Source of the DNA: a virus | Taxonomy: Duplodnaviria; Caudoviricetes | IMG/VR virus record: IMGVR_UViG_3300028591_000071 | Reading direction: 5' to 3' (one strand) | DNA: 64,000 nt | Shown here: piece after piece, positions 17,036 to 27,425 of the stretch | Layout of the letters: each line of letters starts with the position of its first letter | Numbering within the stretch: the first letter of the stretch is position 1 | Notes under the pieces: model-generated | Told to the model about the DNA's origin: nothing | The model's database searches: none | The model's input: only the letters and a program-made list of their open reading frames with translations | Position numbers and translations under genes: made by a program

Positions 17036-18748
17036 TTAGCAATTTAGTACTCTGTTCATGAAATCAATAGTCTTAAGAACTTCGTCTGACTTGTAAACCT
17101 TGTTCTCATTGAGTTCCTTTGTTCCGTTTGCGGTAACAGAGGCGTTGTTCAAATCAACATTGTTTGTATTGGTCTTCTTCAATTCCCTATTGATTGACTC
17201 ATAGAGGGTTTCTGACTGCTTTACCGTCTTTGCCTCGTTTGCGAAGCGGTTGACGATATCAACTTTCTCGGCCTTTGAAGTTGTATTCTCAAGGAAGAGT
17301 TTCGTAATCTTTCCGAGGTTTACATTCGTGATGTATGCCTCATTGAGATGCTTGCGGAGTTCAACGACTGCCTTCTTGAGTTCGCGGTTCTCAGCCTTGA
17401 TGGCCTTGAGTTCTTTACTCTCATTTACACCTTTGTAGCGTGGGTCAGGAGTACCTGTTACCTCAACGCCCTGTGATGCACTTCTCTGTGACCTTGCCTT
17501 CCTACCGTTTGAGTTAGGAATATGGCTTCCAACTGTGGTGTTTTGCTGTACGAATCCACCTACATTTGTTGCTTCGTCAACTTCTTTTTCACATGTGCAT
17601 TCTTTTCCGCACTTGCCGCACTTAGGGCAGCATTTCTCTTCTTCTTCGTCAACTGTCTTGTCGCCGAATGGGTCGCTCTTGTCCTTTGATGAGCCTGCCC
17701 ATGGTTTTTCTGTTCCCGTAGGAACACCTTTGTGCCAAGACTTGCCACTCTTAGAGGGTTCGTTATTAGAAAGTCCTTTAATAGGGTCTTTGTCTTGGTA
17801 GTTGTCCGTGTATCCAAGGTCTACCTCGAATAGGACCTCTTTGCTTTCTTTCATTGGCTTTTTCATTTTCTTGTTTTCAAATGCAAAGTTATTCATCTCC
17901 TCGCCTTCCAATTCATCGGAATCGAAACTGTCGTCGCCGAATTCATCGTCATCGAAATTGTCGAACTCATCTTCAAAAGATGTTTCATCGTCCCATGGCT
18001 GACTTCCATTAGGAATATCATCGATTTCTCCTTCGTCGTCCTCGTCGTCTGGTAAACCAGCAATGTCGAAACCTTCATTTAGTTCGGCTGAAGGGTCTTC
18101 CTCACCACCCATATCTTCCGTTGGCTCATCTCCGCCAAGGTCGATAACATACTCAGTGCCTGCCTGACCATCCTGTAATTGGATAGTATTTCCTTCTTTC
18201 TTGACAACAACTTGGTCGTCGTCCTTGAGAAGTTTATAAATCTTCACTACATTGTCGTAGTCATTCTCACCGGTGAGGTCATATGTATTGTCGCCTACCT
18301 GATAGTTTGAAAATTCATCCCATCCTTCTTCGCCTTCACCATCCTGAGGTTCTGCAGGCTCTTCGCCTTCGATACCCGCATCAACTGGTGCTTCCTCGGC
18401 TCCTGCCTGTGGCTGTTCTGCTCCCGCCTGCATTGCATTAGGGTCCTGTGCTCCCGCCTGTGGCTGAGGTCCTTCTATCTCGTCATTCTCGTCTTCGCTG
18501 ACATCTGATGAAGAACTTTCTTCGGAATCTTTTTCATTCTCATCTTCGGCGTCATTCTTTTCGTCATCATCGACAACCTCGTAGTCCTTTTCTTCCTCGT
18601 CTTCTACGCTCTCTCTGAGTGCGTCCTTAACGGCTTCATTAAGCATACTACCAAGTGTCTTCTTGCTCTCCTCCTTTATAGCGGAAACTATTGAATCCAT
18701 CTCTAAAAGTGCTTGAGCTGCTACGCCTTTATTATTCTTTACGCTCAT
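17036..18748 (-). CDS. Prohead core/scaffold protein
   Basis: Very acidic, C-terminal coiled coil, many (L/V/I)xE sites; lies between protease and capsid genes. Confidence 0.7.
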   Translation of the reverse strand: MSVKNNKGVAAQALLEMDSIVSAIKEESKKTLGSMLNEAVKDALRESVEDEEEKDYEVVDDDEKNDAEDENEKDSEESSSSDVSEDENDEIEGPQPQAGAQDPNAMQAGAEQPQAGAEEAPVDAGIEGEEPAEPQDGEGEEGWDEFSNYQVGDNTYDLTGENDYDNVVKIYKLLKDDDQVVVKKEGNTIQLQDGQAGTEYVIDLGGDEPTEDMGGEEDPSAELNEGFDIAGLPDDEDDEGEIDDIPNGSQPWDDETSFEDEFDNFDDDEFGDDSFDSDELEGEEMNNFAFENKKMKKPMKESKEVLFEVDLGYTDNYQDKDPIKGLSNNEPSKSGKSWHKGVPTGTEKPWAGSSKDKSDPFGDKTVDEEEEKCCPKCGKCGKECTCEKEVDEATNVGGFVQQNTTVGSHIPNSNGRKARSQRSASQGVEVTGTPDPRYKGVNESKELKAIKAENRELKKAVVELRKHLNEAYITNVNLGKITKLFLENTTSKAEKVDIVNRFANEAKTVKQSETLYESINRELKKTNTNNVDLNNASVTANGTKELNENKVYKSDEVLKTIDFMNRVLNC

Positions 18749-18861
18749 TTTAAAATCAGCAATTATTTCGGTTATTTTTAATAATAAATATCAGTATGTT
18801 TTGAAAAAAATCGTAAATGCCTACTAAAACAGGTGTTTATGGTTTCTATTTAAACCTTTTC

Positions 18862-19584
18862 TTAAAGAATTTGCCCCAAAATCTCATCTGCCCTGATGAA
18901 TCTTTCGTCCAAAACAGGCTTCTCTTCCTCTTTTGACTCAAGATATTGCCCCAATTCTTCCTTTCCGTTAGGGGAGATAAAGGCCCCCGGAGTACTAGGG
19001 TCACTAACCACATCCCAACAGACTATCTCATAATCATCAGCCACATAGAGTATTCCCATCTTGTTCGTAACGGTTCCGAGACCCCTTGATGAAACGCCTA
19101 TTTTATATCCTTGCAGCAAAAGGTTTGCTGTTTGGTCACCCTGACAGGATATGATTCCATGCTTCCTGAAGCCCGGGCTTGTTATGATTTCAAGTTTTCC
19201 TACAAGCGTGTGTCCTTCCCAATGGAGTTCTACAATGTTTATCGCAACGCGTGAAAGGTCTATTACTGATTCTGATGGGTGATTCAATTCTCCCATTGCC
19301 CTTTTCTCCTGAATCTTGGCCGCGTAGTTATTTACTTCCCTCTTAAGGATTTCCTCAGGATAAATTCTTCCGTTTGCGTTCTCAATGCCGTATTTTTGGA
19401 ATACCGCATCTACAACAAATGGGTATGGGCAATGAAACTCGTCTCCCGATGCGTTTTCGGCGTTGATTGCCTCAAACAACTTCTTATTGTTTCCGCATTC
19501 TGAGGAGATGAATCCGTCATGCTCTATAAGCAAGCCGGTTCCAGTCTGCCCCTTCTTTATTTCAACTAAATTTTGTCTGTCCAT
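18862..19584 (-). CDS. Prohead protease (T4 gp21-like)
   Basis: NANGRIYP, GELNHP, GVSSRG, WDVVSDPS. Confidence 0.9.
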   Translation of the reverse strand: MDRQNLVEIKKGQTGTGLLIEHDGFISSECGNNKKLFEAINAENASGDEFHCPYPFVVDAVFQKYGIENANGRIYPEEILKREVNNYAAKIQEKRAMGELNHPSESVIDLSRVAINIVELHWEGHTLVGKLEIITSPGFRKHGIISCQGDQTANLLLQGYKIGVSSRGLGTVTNKMGILYVADDYEIVCWDVVSDPSTPGAFISPNGKEELGQYLESKEEEKPVLDERFIRADEILGQIL

Positions 19585-19585
19585 A

Positions 19586-20746
19586 TTATAACTCCTCTGG
19601 GTGGATATAATCGTCTGTTATTATTCCCTTGTCTTTTTTCATCTTGTCCATCCTGTCAACGAACTTGTCGTATTCAGAATCATCCTTTGCCTTATTGCAA
19701 ATAAACGCCATGATTCTCCTTCCCTTCTTAGTTCCTGCAAGAACCTCTTTCATAAGGAAGTTGAATTTATCGGTCTCCAATGAAGACAATCTTTTAAATA
19801 AATAGGGTATATAGTCGAAACTTATGTCATTTAATGATTTTCTGACCATATTCCACATATGTCTTCCCAATCTCATGTCCCATGGCTCGGCCTTAAGGAA
19901 ATCAGACTTTCCGAGAACGGATATAGCCCTGTTTCTTTCCTTTGGAAGCCCGTGTGAAATGAATAAATCCATGAAGCCCCTTATCGTCTCGCAAAGCAAG
20001 AACGGGAATATGACCCCCTGCGACTCTATCCTGCATTTTGTTTCCTCATTTCCGAGGCGGAGTTCAAATGTTCCCATCTGCAGGTTGTTATCGTCGGTCA
20101 TTCCCAAATCTTCTTTCGTAAAGAGAAGATAATTGTTAAGGGCTGTTATTTCCGTGTATAGTTTTCTGAGTTCAGGATTTATCTCGTCAATTTGATGAAG
20201 GACGGATTCGTCGATTGAATATGATAAATCAAGGCCGATTCCCATACATACCGCATCCAAGAATCTTCTCTTATAAACCTCGCCCTTTATTGCCATCGCG
20301 TCTCCGAGGTCGTCGAATTCCATGTCTTCATCTCCGTCGGCGGGGTCTAATATGACTGAATCCCTGCTTGTGTCCACCTTGTCGGTAAGTGTTATGGAAA
20401 GGTCGACCGCATCTTCAGGAACCGCAAACAGGTCAATGATATAATTGAAGCATATCTTTTCGAGTTCGCTCCTATATGGCCTTTCAATTTCTTCACATTT
20501 GTGAATAAGACCAGCCAAAGCGGATTCAAGGGAAGTCTCATCAACTCCGTCGATTGAACCTATTTCTTTTAAGGCATCCTTTGCAGAATCGAATTCGGTA
20601 TTTACTACTTTCAATATATAAGGTATGTCATAGATATCCGGAATCGCCGGATTATTACCCAATGACGTGCGATGCTGTAAAACCGCCTGTCTTATATCAT
20701 CAGGTATTGTATCTAATAAAATTGATTCTGTAATCAAACGTTTCAT
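19586..20746 (-). CDS. Hypothetical head-module protein
   Basis: Start MKRLITE at 20746, 6 nt after TATTTAT. Confidence 0.75.
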   Translation of the reverse strand: MKRLITESILLDTIPDDIRQAVLQHRTSLGNNPAIPDIYDIPYILKVVNTEFDSAKDALKEIGSIDGVDETSLESALAGLIHKCEEIERPYRSELEKICFNYIIDLFAVPEDAVDLSITLTDKVDTSRDSVILDPADGDEDMEFDDLGDAMAIKGEVYKRRFLDAVCMGIGLDLSYSIDESVLHQIDEINPELRKLYTEITALNNYLLFTKEDLGMTDDNNLQMGTFELRLGNEETKCRIESQGVIFPFLLCETIRGFMDLFISHGLPKERNRAISVLGKSDFLKAEPWDMRLGRHMWNMVRKSLNDISFDYIPYLFKRLSSLETDKFNFLMKEVLAGTKKGRRIMAFICNKAKDDSEYDKFVDRMDKMKKDKGIITDDYIHPEEL

Positions 20747-20804
20747 ACCTATATAAATAGTTAATATATAACAAAAATGGCCCACATTGCTGTGAGCCAT
20801 AACC

Positions 20805-21248
20805 TTATTTAAATGATTCCCGAAGTTGTTTCTTTGTCATAACAGTTCCTTCTACTCTCATTTTCTTTAATCTCGCTTTTTCTATGTCTTTCTTTGAATA
20901 AGACTTTGTTTCGGATATTCCATCACCTGATATTTCAACATCACCGCCAGTTCCTGTTGCTGCCGGGTTCAATTGATTCTGCATCGCCCTTTCAATTGTG
21001 TCACCCTTTCCGACTTCAACGTGCTGTGTCAATTTGGAATCGTCCGACCCGTTTTGTGAATTCGGGTTTGATATGTGTATAACAGGGTCTCCGAGTTTGC
21101 TTGCCTGATTGATGTCTGCCCTGTTCTGTGTAACGGTATTTACCATTCCTGCTATGGTATTTGCCGTTGACTGGAGCCCGACATTCACATTGTTCTCCTC
21201 ATTTAAACAACGGTCTAACTGCTTTGTATTAATTACAATCCTTTTCAT
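20805..21248 (-). CDS. Hypothetical head-module protein
   Basis: 147-aa ORF, MKRIVINTKQLDRCLNEE. Confidence 0.75.
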   Translation of the reverse strand: MKRIVINTKQLDRCLNEENNVNVGLQSTANTIAGMVNTVTQNRADINQASKLGDPVIHISNPNSQNGSDDSKLTQHVEVGKGDTIERAMQNQLNPAATGTGGDVEISGDGISETKSYSKKDIEKARLKKMRVEGTVMTKKQLRESFK

Positions 21249-21249
21249 A

Positions 21250-21867
21250 TTATTTGAACTTTGGTGAATTGAATGGAGATTTCTTATTTAGTTTTCCGCC
21301 TTTCTTTTTCTCCACCGCATTATTCTTTTCATCTTCGGGTTGAGTTGTCAATAAGTTTTCGTTAATTGCCCTTAACTGACCTTTTCTGAAAATGACAGTT
21401 TCCATCATTGGTGCTGCATTCGGGTCTCCGCCTTCAGGACCATCCATAGGTGGCATTTCCCCGCCGTCTTCAGGCCCATTTGATTCGTCTCTTGAAATCA
21501 TACTTTCAATGTAACCCCTTGCCGCCTTCTTGTCTTCATCAGAAAGTTGGTTAAAGAGAGACATCGTGCTGTCATCACCTTCTCCGCCCTCAGGCTCGTT
21601 CATAGGCGGCTCGCCTTCCATTCCAGGGCCTCCTCCCATGTTTGGGTCAAGTTCTCCGTTTCCGTCAGGCGGTACATCTCCGCCCATTCCGTCCATAGGC
21701 GCTCCCGCAGGGTCTCCTTCAGGACCATTTGGGCCCATATCTCCCGCAGGAACATCAGAAGCACCGTCCATAGGTGCCGGAGCCGGTGCCCCGCCCATAG
21801 ATGGTGCTTCGTTATTGCTACCGCCTAACTTGAGGACTTTTCTCTCGTCCTCAAAGTTTTCAGTTAC
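21250..21867 (-). CDS. Pro/Gly/Met-rich ORF; probable -1 frameshift extension of the upstream acidic protein
   Basis: Frame is open 23 codons upstream of ATG 21798, back to the A9 run at the end of the upstream gene. Confidence 0.65.
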   Translation of the reverse strand, partial: VTENFEDERKVLKLGGSNNEAPSMGGAPAPAPMDGASDVPAGDMGPNGPEGDPAGAPMDGMGGDVPPDGNGELDPNMGGGPGMEGEPPMNEPEGGEGDDSTMSLFNQLSDEDKKAARGYIESMISRDESNGPEDGGEMPPMDGPEGGDPNAAPMMETVIFRKGQLRAINENLLTTQPEDEKNNAVEKKKGGKLNKKSPFNSPKFK

Positions 21868-23651
21868 TCTTTTTTTTTATTCTCGCCCTCGATAGGGATA
21901 CCGGCCTTCAATTGGTACATGATGTCCTTGGTAACTGCATCAACCAACTGATTGAACGGGTCACCGTCACCAATCTTTGAGCCGAATGGCTCTTCGCTGT
22001 GAACGCTCTCGTCGTTCCAGTCTTCACCCCACTGATTCTTGTCTTCACCCGTTGTAGGGAGTTCCATTGGCTTCTTCCTGTAGCCAGGGTGCTTTCCGAA
22101 AACATGGAGTTCATCTTCTGCGAGAATCTTGCTAACAACAGACTCTACGATGCTGTTCATAATCTTCTGCTTTGCTTCCATCATTGGAGTTGGCTCCATC
22201 ATGCTGCCGTCACCGCACTCGTCAAGGTCGTCATCGTCTCCGAGGGTATCCTCGTCTCCGCCGAATTCACCTTCTCTTTCTCCCGAGAGGTCAGCACCGA
22301 ATTCACCTTCGTCGTCTGCGCCAAGGTCTTCGCCACCATCAGCGTCGAGTTCATCTTCGCCGCCGTCTGCGAATGACTCTGCGTCACCTTCGAAATCAGG
22401 TTCCTCACCTGCGATATCTCCGACAGGTTCCTCTTCGCCACCGTCTAATTTTGCACGGAGTGCGTCAAGTTGTGCCTGAAGGTCTTCAATCTGTGCCATA
22501 AGGTCAGCATCGTCGTCGCTTTCAACGCCGTCCTCTGCATCAAAGTCGTCTTCTGCGTCAAGTTCTGAATCAAAATCGGCAGCGCCGCCATCAACATCCT
22601 CAACACCCGCGTCAAGGTCTGTATCTGTTGCAGGGTCTTCGTCGTCTCCGCCGAAATCCTCTACATCAAAGTCATCTCCGCCTTCTGCAGGAACAGCCTC
22701 TGTGTCAACATCGGCCTCTGTATCAACAGGTGCTTCTACATCTTCCTCTCCGTCGAGTTCTTCTTCCTCATTTACATTCTTGTTGAATGGGTCGTTGTTA
22801 TGGTCGGTATCTGCCTCACCAACTCCTGCTGATGAAGGAAGTCCCTCTGAAGCCCAATCGTTCTCTTCCTCGTTGACCTTCTGCTGTCCATCCATTTCCC
22901 AACCGATTTCCTTAGGGTCGCGGCCCTTTCCGATGCCTTCGGTCCCCCAGTTCTCCGTGTTAGGGTGGAGAGGAGCGTCACCGATGTCTCCGGCCTCTTC
23001 CTTGAGCTGGTCTTTTGGATTGCCTTCACCCTGGTCGAATGGAGCAACTTTCTTATCAACACCATTGGTCTTTGAACCCTTGTATTCAGGGTCTGCCTTT
23101 GTTTCCTTTCCGCCTTCGTCACCCTTCTTGCCTGTCTCGGCCTCAGGATTCTTGCCGTCGTACATTACAACGTCCCCGTCGCGTGAAGCGCCAATTTCGC
23201 TTGACTCTTCCATCAACATTGAAACATTGTACATAATCTGACGTTGACGAGCGATTTCGTCGCGCATTGCGTCGGTTGCTTCCTGAAGTACCTGATGTGA
23301 CCTGAAAGGATTAAGTGATTCGATATTCACTTTCTGGTCATGCGCCTCATTGATGGAAGCCATTTTGAGTTCAAACTGCTTGAGGGCGTTTGCGTAACTC
23401 TTATATTCATAGTCGCCCTTGTTGCAGAACCCGCCAAGATACTCATAAGCCTCAGCGATAGTCTCCTTGCCCTTAGGAGCAGACTTAATATAATACTTGC
23501 TATTCTCCTTGATGATACCGTAAGTAACGCCGTCTGCTGCTACTGCGCGATGCTCAAGGGTGTGGGTTTTTAGGTTATTGCTCTCATTTAATTCCTTACC
23601 ATAGGTATAAAGGTCTTTCATTCTTGCGAGAGCTTCGTCAAAACTTGGCAT
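21864..23651 (-). CDS. Highly acidic prohead core/internal protein
   Basis: 595 aa, D/E-rich, repeated xNE sites, ends AAT AAA AAA AAA GAG TAA. Confidence 0.8.
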   Translation of the reverse strand: MPSFDEALARMKDLYTYGKELNESNNLKTHTLEHRAVAADGVTYGIIKENSKYYIKSAPKGKETIAEAYEYLGGFCNKGDYEYKSYANALKQFELKMASINEAHDQKVNIESLNPFRSHQVLQEATDAMRDEIARQRQIMYNVSMLMEESSEIGASRDGDVVMYDGKNPEAETGKKGDEGGKETKADPEYKGSKTNGVDKKVAPFDQGEGNPKDQLKEEAGDIGDAPLHPNTENWGTEGIGKGRDPKEIGWEMDGQQKVNEEENDWASEGLPSSAGVGEADTDHNNDPFNKNVNEEEELDGEEDVEAPVDTEADVDTEAVPAEGGDDFDVEDFGGDDEDPATDTDLDAGVEDVDGGAADFDSELDAEDDFDAEDGVESDDDADLMAQIEDLQAQLDALRAKLDGGEEEPVGDIAGEEPDFEGDAESFADGGEDELDADGGEDLGADDEGEFGADLSGEREGEFGGDEDTLGDDDDLDECGDGSMMEPTPMMEAKQKIMNSIVESVVSKILAEDELHVFGKHPGYRKKPMELPTTGEDKNQWGEDWNDESVHSEEPFGSKIGDGDPFNQLVDAVTKDIMYQLKAGIPIEGENKKKE

Positions 23652-23718
23652 ATTGTTTCTATTTTTATTTCGAAATTATTTCGTTATTTTTCATATAAAT
23701 ATCGTTCAAAGTCAAAAA

Positions 23719-26700
23719 CTACGATAAACTATTCAATTTATCATATGTATCTGACATCAAAGTCGTAATTTTTTCTATATATCCTAATCTTCGGAGGCAC
23801 TTAAAAATAAGGTTTCCGTTTGTAATTTCTATCTCTTTATCGTTCAGACTGCTTTTCCTTTCCTTTTTTATCTCGTCGAAAAGTTTGTCAGCATCTTCAG
23901 ACACTTTCCTTATTTTATAATCGCTATCCGCTCCCTTATAAATAGTAAGAAGTTTGTCAATTTTATCAATGTATTCTGCCACCTTATTTTTAATAAGTGA
24001 CTTGTTTATCTTTGACTTAGATAACTTTTCCCTTTCAGGTTCCTTAATCCATTTGTCCTTGTCGAGAGAATAGACACCGGTTGACGCATGCTTCTCTTTC
24101 GTGTCCTGTACATATAGTTCAACTGGGAAGCCGAATATCTTAAGGTCTTTATGCTCGTCGTTCCAAAGTTTCTTCTGTGAATAGAAATAGTTATCAACGA
24201 AATCGGTTCTCTTATCAACCTTTGAATAATCCATAAGGACATGAAGGTCAATGTCCGAAAATTTCTTATTCCAATTGTAATTGGCGAGAGAGCCCGTCAT
24301 TATGATATCGTCAGGCTTGACCCAATCAACCCCAAGAAACTCGATGAAATCGTCTGCTATATCTAATAATTTCATTCTAATCCTCGAATCGAGTCGCCCG
24401 TCTTTCCAGAATTTGGGGTTGAGTTGCGTCTTTATGTTAAATGATGATAGGTCAATATCGTCAGGGTCTGTTGCTTCAGAAAGATTTTCTATTCCGTCAG
24501 GGTTACGCCTCTGCATGAGTTGAATGAGCCATTTTGAGTATTTACCCTCCTGAAGGATATCCTTTGAATCCTTCTTTGCATATTCAGTCCATTTCCTGAA
24601 ATAGACATTCCCCTTGAGGTATGCTTCAGATTCAATCTCTTCAAGACGCTCGTTATCCTTCACATCATCTTCTGAACTGAAATTAAGGTCAACGCCGTCA
24701 AGGTTCTGTGAGTGGTGAATCATCTCGTGCGCGTATGTGCGTAATATATCTTTAGGGTGTCTGTCCTTACAGAATATTACAATCGTTTTTGATTCAGGTT
24801 CATAATACCCTGTCTTTATGAAAAGTCCGTCCTGTTCATCCCAATTAAGTCTAATCTTCGGATATGGATATACATTGAGGCCGTCGTTCTTCATGAATTC
24901 GGCAATGGACCTCATCATAGGCGTATAATCATCTGCGGAATGCATTTCAATTGATTCATTTACCGCATGGAAATATTCATTGTTTCCGCCTTCTCCGCCA
25001 ATCTTATATTCATCTGCTTCAGGTTCTGCGCCTTCTGCCATTTCATGTTGAACAGAGCCAAACGGAACCTTCCTACCAAATTCATCATATTCCCAAGAGC
25101 CGTCTTTTCCCGGAATAAACTTGAACACATCTTCAAACTTAATTCCAAGCAGTTTTTCCAACTGGCCCTTTGTGAGATAGTCTCCGTCAAATTCGTTTGG
25201 CATGTTGTATCTTGAATATACGACGAAATTGTTTTTAAAAACGATGACAACAAATCTGCTGAGGCCATAGTAGTCGTATGGGAATTTCCAAGAGCCGGGT
25301 TTGTTTGTCCAAGACAAGTCGCTGTTTATAAGACCCATTTCGCCCATGTCATCCTCTTCTCCTGCGATATCGCATAGTTCTCCGAATTGGTTTGCATATT
25401 CCTGATTTTCCATCGCCTCGTCGTGCTTGTTGATGAGTTCTTCGTTCTCAACGAGGTAAACAGTCCCGTCTCCAATCAATCCATACCAAAGGTCGTCTGC
25501 ATATGAAATACACCATTCGCCATCGCAACGGGCATTCATTTCATCATAACTATCAATTCTTGTAACGGTGAACCCGTCTTTGAGCCTGACCATTTTTTCC
25601 GATGTGGAAAATTCAGTTCCTTCGAAATCGGGGACAAAAAACTTCTCTTTTAGTTCCTCAAAGGTTTTTCCTCCGAGATTAGGGTCGTTTATTCCTTGTC
25701 TTTCATAATAATTGCTGTTAGCAATCTTATATAATATCTTATTAAGTACGCTGTATTCATCCCTTGGCAGTCCCTCCTCAAAAAGAATCCTCATAACCCC
25801 AAGCATGAATCTTCCTCCGCAAACTCTTGCATAAGGAATAGCCTCATAGATTTCCATTACCTTATTTCTAATGTCTTGGAAGTCAGTGAGTCCGAATTTT
25901 TCCTTAATATATTTGTTTACCTTTCGGTCGTTTGAGTTTTCGTCAATCACTTCTTCTTCCATCATTCCACCACCGGTAACTGCATCCATGATTCCGGCAT
26001 TTACCTTGTTATGAACTTGGTCTTGTGCGGTTGGAACTTTTTCTTCCAGGAGATGCATCTGCATGAGTTGCTGATTATTTCTTGGCTTAAATGTTTGCAG
26101 ATAGTTTATGCCTGTCAATTCCTGTATCTGCTCTGCGTTCCACATGTTGTTATGATTTTCTCCGCCGAATTCGTGGTTCCATCTCGTAGTAACATTATCA
26201 GGAAGTCCGTCCGCCCCAACTATTAGGGCAATAAGTGAAAGCCCATATTCGTCAAGCGGGCAATTTTCGCCCTGTTCCCTAGGGACATTCTCGAATCCGT
26301 CACGCATCAAGATATACAACTTTCCTCCGTTACTGAGATATTGCGAATATTCCCATAATCCATTCTGTCCGCACACACACCAATCAGTATATTGGTCAAG
26401 CATATTAAGTATATTCCTTCCATTCGCATCAGGAGTAACCATTCCCTGATGATTAACGGTATCGTTAATTGGAACAACCTTATAATGATGGTTGCCTCCC
26501 CCATTGTATTGCGCTAATCGTTCTTTCGCTCCATTTACATACGCATCCATTTTCCCGGCAAATTTTTGCATAATCTCGCCGTAAGACATACCATTAAGGT
26601 CTTTATCCAATTCTTCTCCGTCAAGCATAAACTCAGGCATCTTGTCAATCATCTTCATCAACTTTGAGAACTTGATGATTCCGCCACCATTCATGTTTTC

Positions 26701-27105
26701 ACCGAAAGAATAAAATCCGAGGTCTTGGCAAAGAATCCTCGCTATTCCGACAATATATTTATCAGGGCCGTTTCCGTGTGATATTCCGACCTGCCCCTTA
26801 AGATTAAGGACAAGGAAGTCTATGAAACGGTTCATTCCGTGTTGGTTATTCTTAACCGAGACCCACGCACCTTGTTCCTGCCCTTCCGGGTTGCACATAT
26901 CATGTAACCAATTGGGCACATCTGAAAGCGGGGTCATTAAATATGGCTTACAATATGTTCTATTGCAATTATCGGCAATGATTTTCATCACCTTCTTCCT
27001 GTCAGTTCCCGTCTCCTCGTTCAACATCATGGACCATCTGCCCGTTTTACTGGTAGATTTTTCCAATTCGTTCCGCTGATTTTCCGTTATGTAAATGGTT
27101 TTCAT
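23719..27105 (-). CDS. Multidomain protein: two WC-motif (PcfJ-like) domains, zincin peptidase, Pol-beta-type nucleotidyltransferase
   Basis: DWCVC and EWCIS; RTYAHEMIH (HExxH); TGSLANYNW..SDIDLH; domains separated by LxE-type linkers. Confidence 0.8.
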   Translation of the reverse strand: MKTIYITENQRNELEKSTSKTGRWSMMLNEETGTDRKKVMKIIADNCNRTYCKPYLMTPLSDVPNWLHDMCNPEGQEQGAWVSVKNNQHGMNRFIDFLVLNLKGQVGISHGNGPDKYIVGIARILCQDLGFYSFGENMNGGGIIKFSKLMKMIDKMPEFMLDGEELDKDLNGMSYGEIMQKFAGKMDAYVNGAKERLAQYNGGGNHHYKVVPINDTVNHQGMVTPDANGRNILNMLDQYTDWCVCGQNGLWEYSQYLSNGGKLYILMRDGFENVPREQGENCPLDEYGLSLIALIVGADGLPDNVTTRWNHEFGGENHNNMWNAEQIQELTGINYLQTFKPRNNQQLMQMHLLEEKVPTAQDQVHNKVNAGIMDAVTGGGMMEEEVIDENSNDRKVNKYIKEKFGLTDFQDIRNKVMEIYEAIPYARVCGGRFMLGVMRILFEEGLPRDEYSVLNKILYKIANSNYYERQGINDPNLGGKTFEELKEKFFVPDFEGTEFSTSEKMVRLKDGFTVTRIDSYDEMNARCDGEWCISYADDLWYGLIGDGTVYLVENEELINKHDEAMENQEYANQFGELCDIAGEEDDMGEMGLINSDLSWTNKPGSWKFPYDYYGLSRFVVIVFKNNFVVYSRYNMPNEFDGDYLTKGQLEKLLGIKFEDVFKFIPGKDGSWEYDEFGRKVPFGSVQHEMAEGAEPEADEYKIGGEGGNNEYFHAVNESIEMHSADDYTPMMRSIAEFMKNDGLNVYPYPKIRLNWDEQDGLFIKTGYYEPESKTIVIFCKDRHPKDILRTYAHEMIHHSQNLDGVDLNFSSEDDVKDNERLEEIESEAYLKGNVYFRKWTEYAKKDSKDILQEGKYSKWLIQLMQRRNPDGIENLSEATDPDDIDLSSFNIKTQLNPKFWKDGRLDSRIRMKLLDIADDFIEFLGVDWVKPDDIIMTGSLANYNWNKKFSDIDLHVLMDYSKVDKRTDFVDNYFYSQKKLWNDEHKDLKIFGFPVELYVQDTKEKHASTGVYSLDKDKWIKEPEREKLSKSKINKSLIKNKVAEYIDKIDKLLTIYKGADSDYKIRKVSEDADKLFDEIKKERKSSLNDKEIEITNGNLIFKCLRRLGYIEKITTLMSDTYDKLNSLS

Positions 27106-27176
27106 CAACGATAAATAGTTTTATAAACAAAAAGAGCCACCGAAGCGGCTCTCTTTTCGTTATTTGCAAGATTTGA

Positions 27177-27398
27177 TTATCCACCAATCTGTGCTCCGTT
27201 CTCTTCGAAGAACTTCTCAACATCAACAATCTCGAGCTGGTCGTGCCCAAGTGCCTTAGCACCCATGAACTCGATAAGCGGCTGCTCATCGTTCGTTCCG
27301 ACACCGCCGGCTGCGTCGATTGCCTTAGGCATGAGTCCTTCAAACTCAATTCCTTCGATGAAATCATAGTTCATCATTTCATGGTTTTCTGTAAACAT
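27177..27398 (-). CDS. Small protein paralogous to the N-terminus of the neighbouring 529-aa protein
   Basis: YDFIEGIEFEGLMPKA versus YDFIEGIVFDGLAPKA. Confidence 0.75.
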   Translation of the reverse strand: MFTENHEMMNYDFIEGIEFEGLMPKAIDAAGGVGTNDEQPLIEFMGAKALGHDQLEIVDVEKFFEENGAQIGG

Positions 27399-27425
27399 AA
27401 TAGCTATTAGTTTTTTCTTTTATTT

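Noticed and set aside
17036-23651. Tandem DNA repeats in the acidic core genes
   Set aside because: Low-complexity D/E/G/P coding with only short duplications; explained by protein composition
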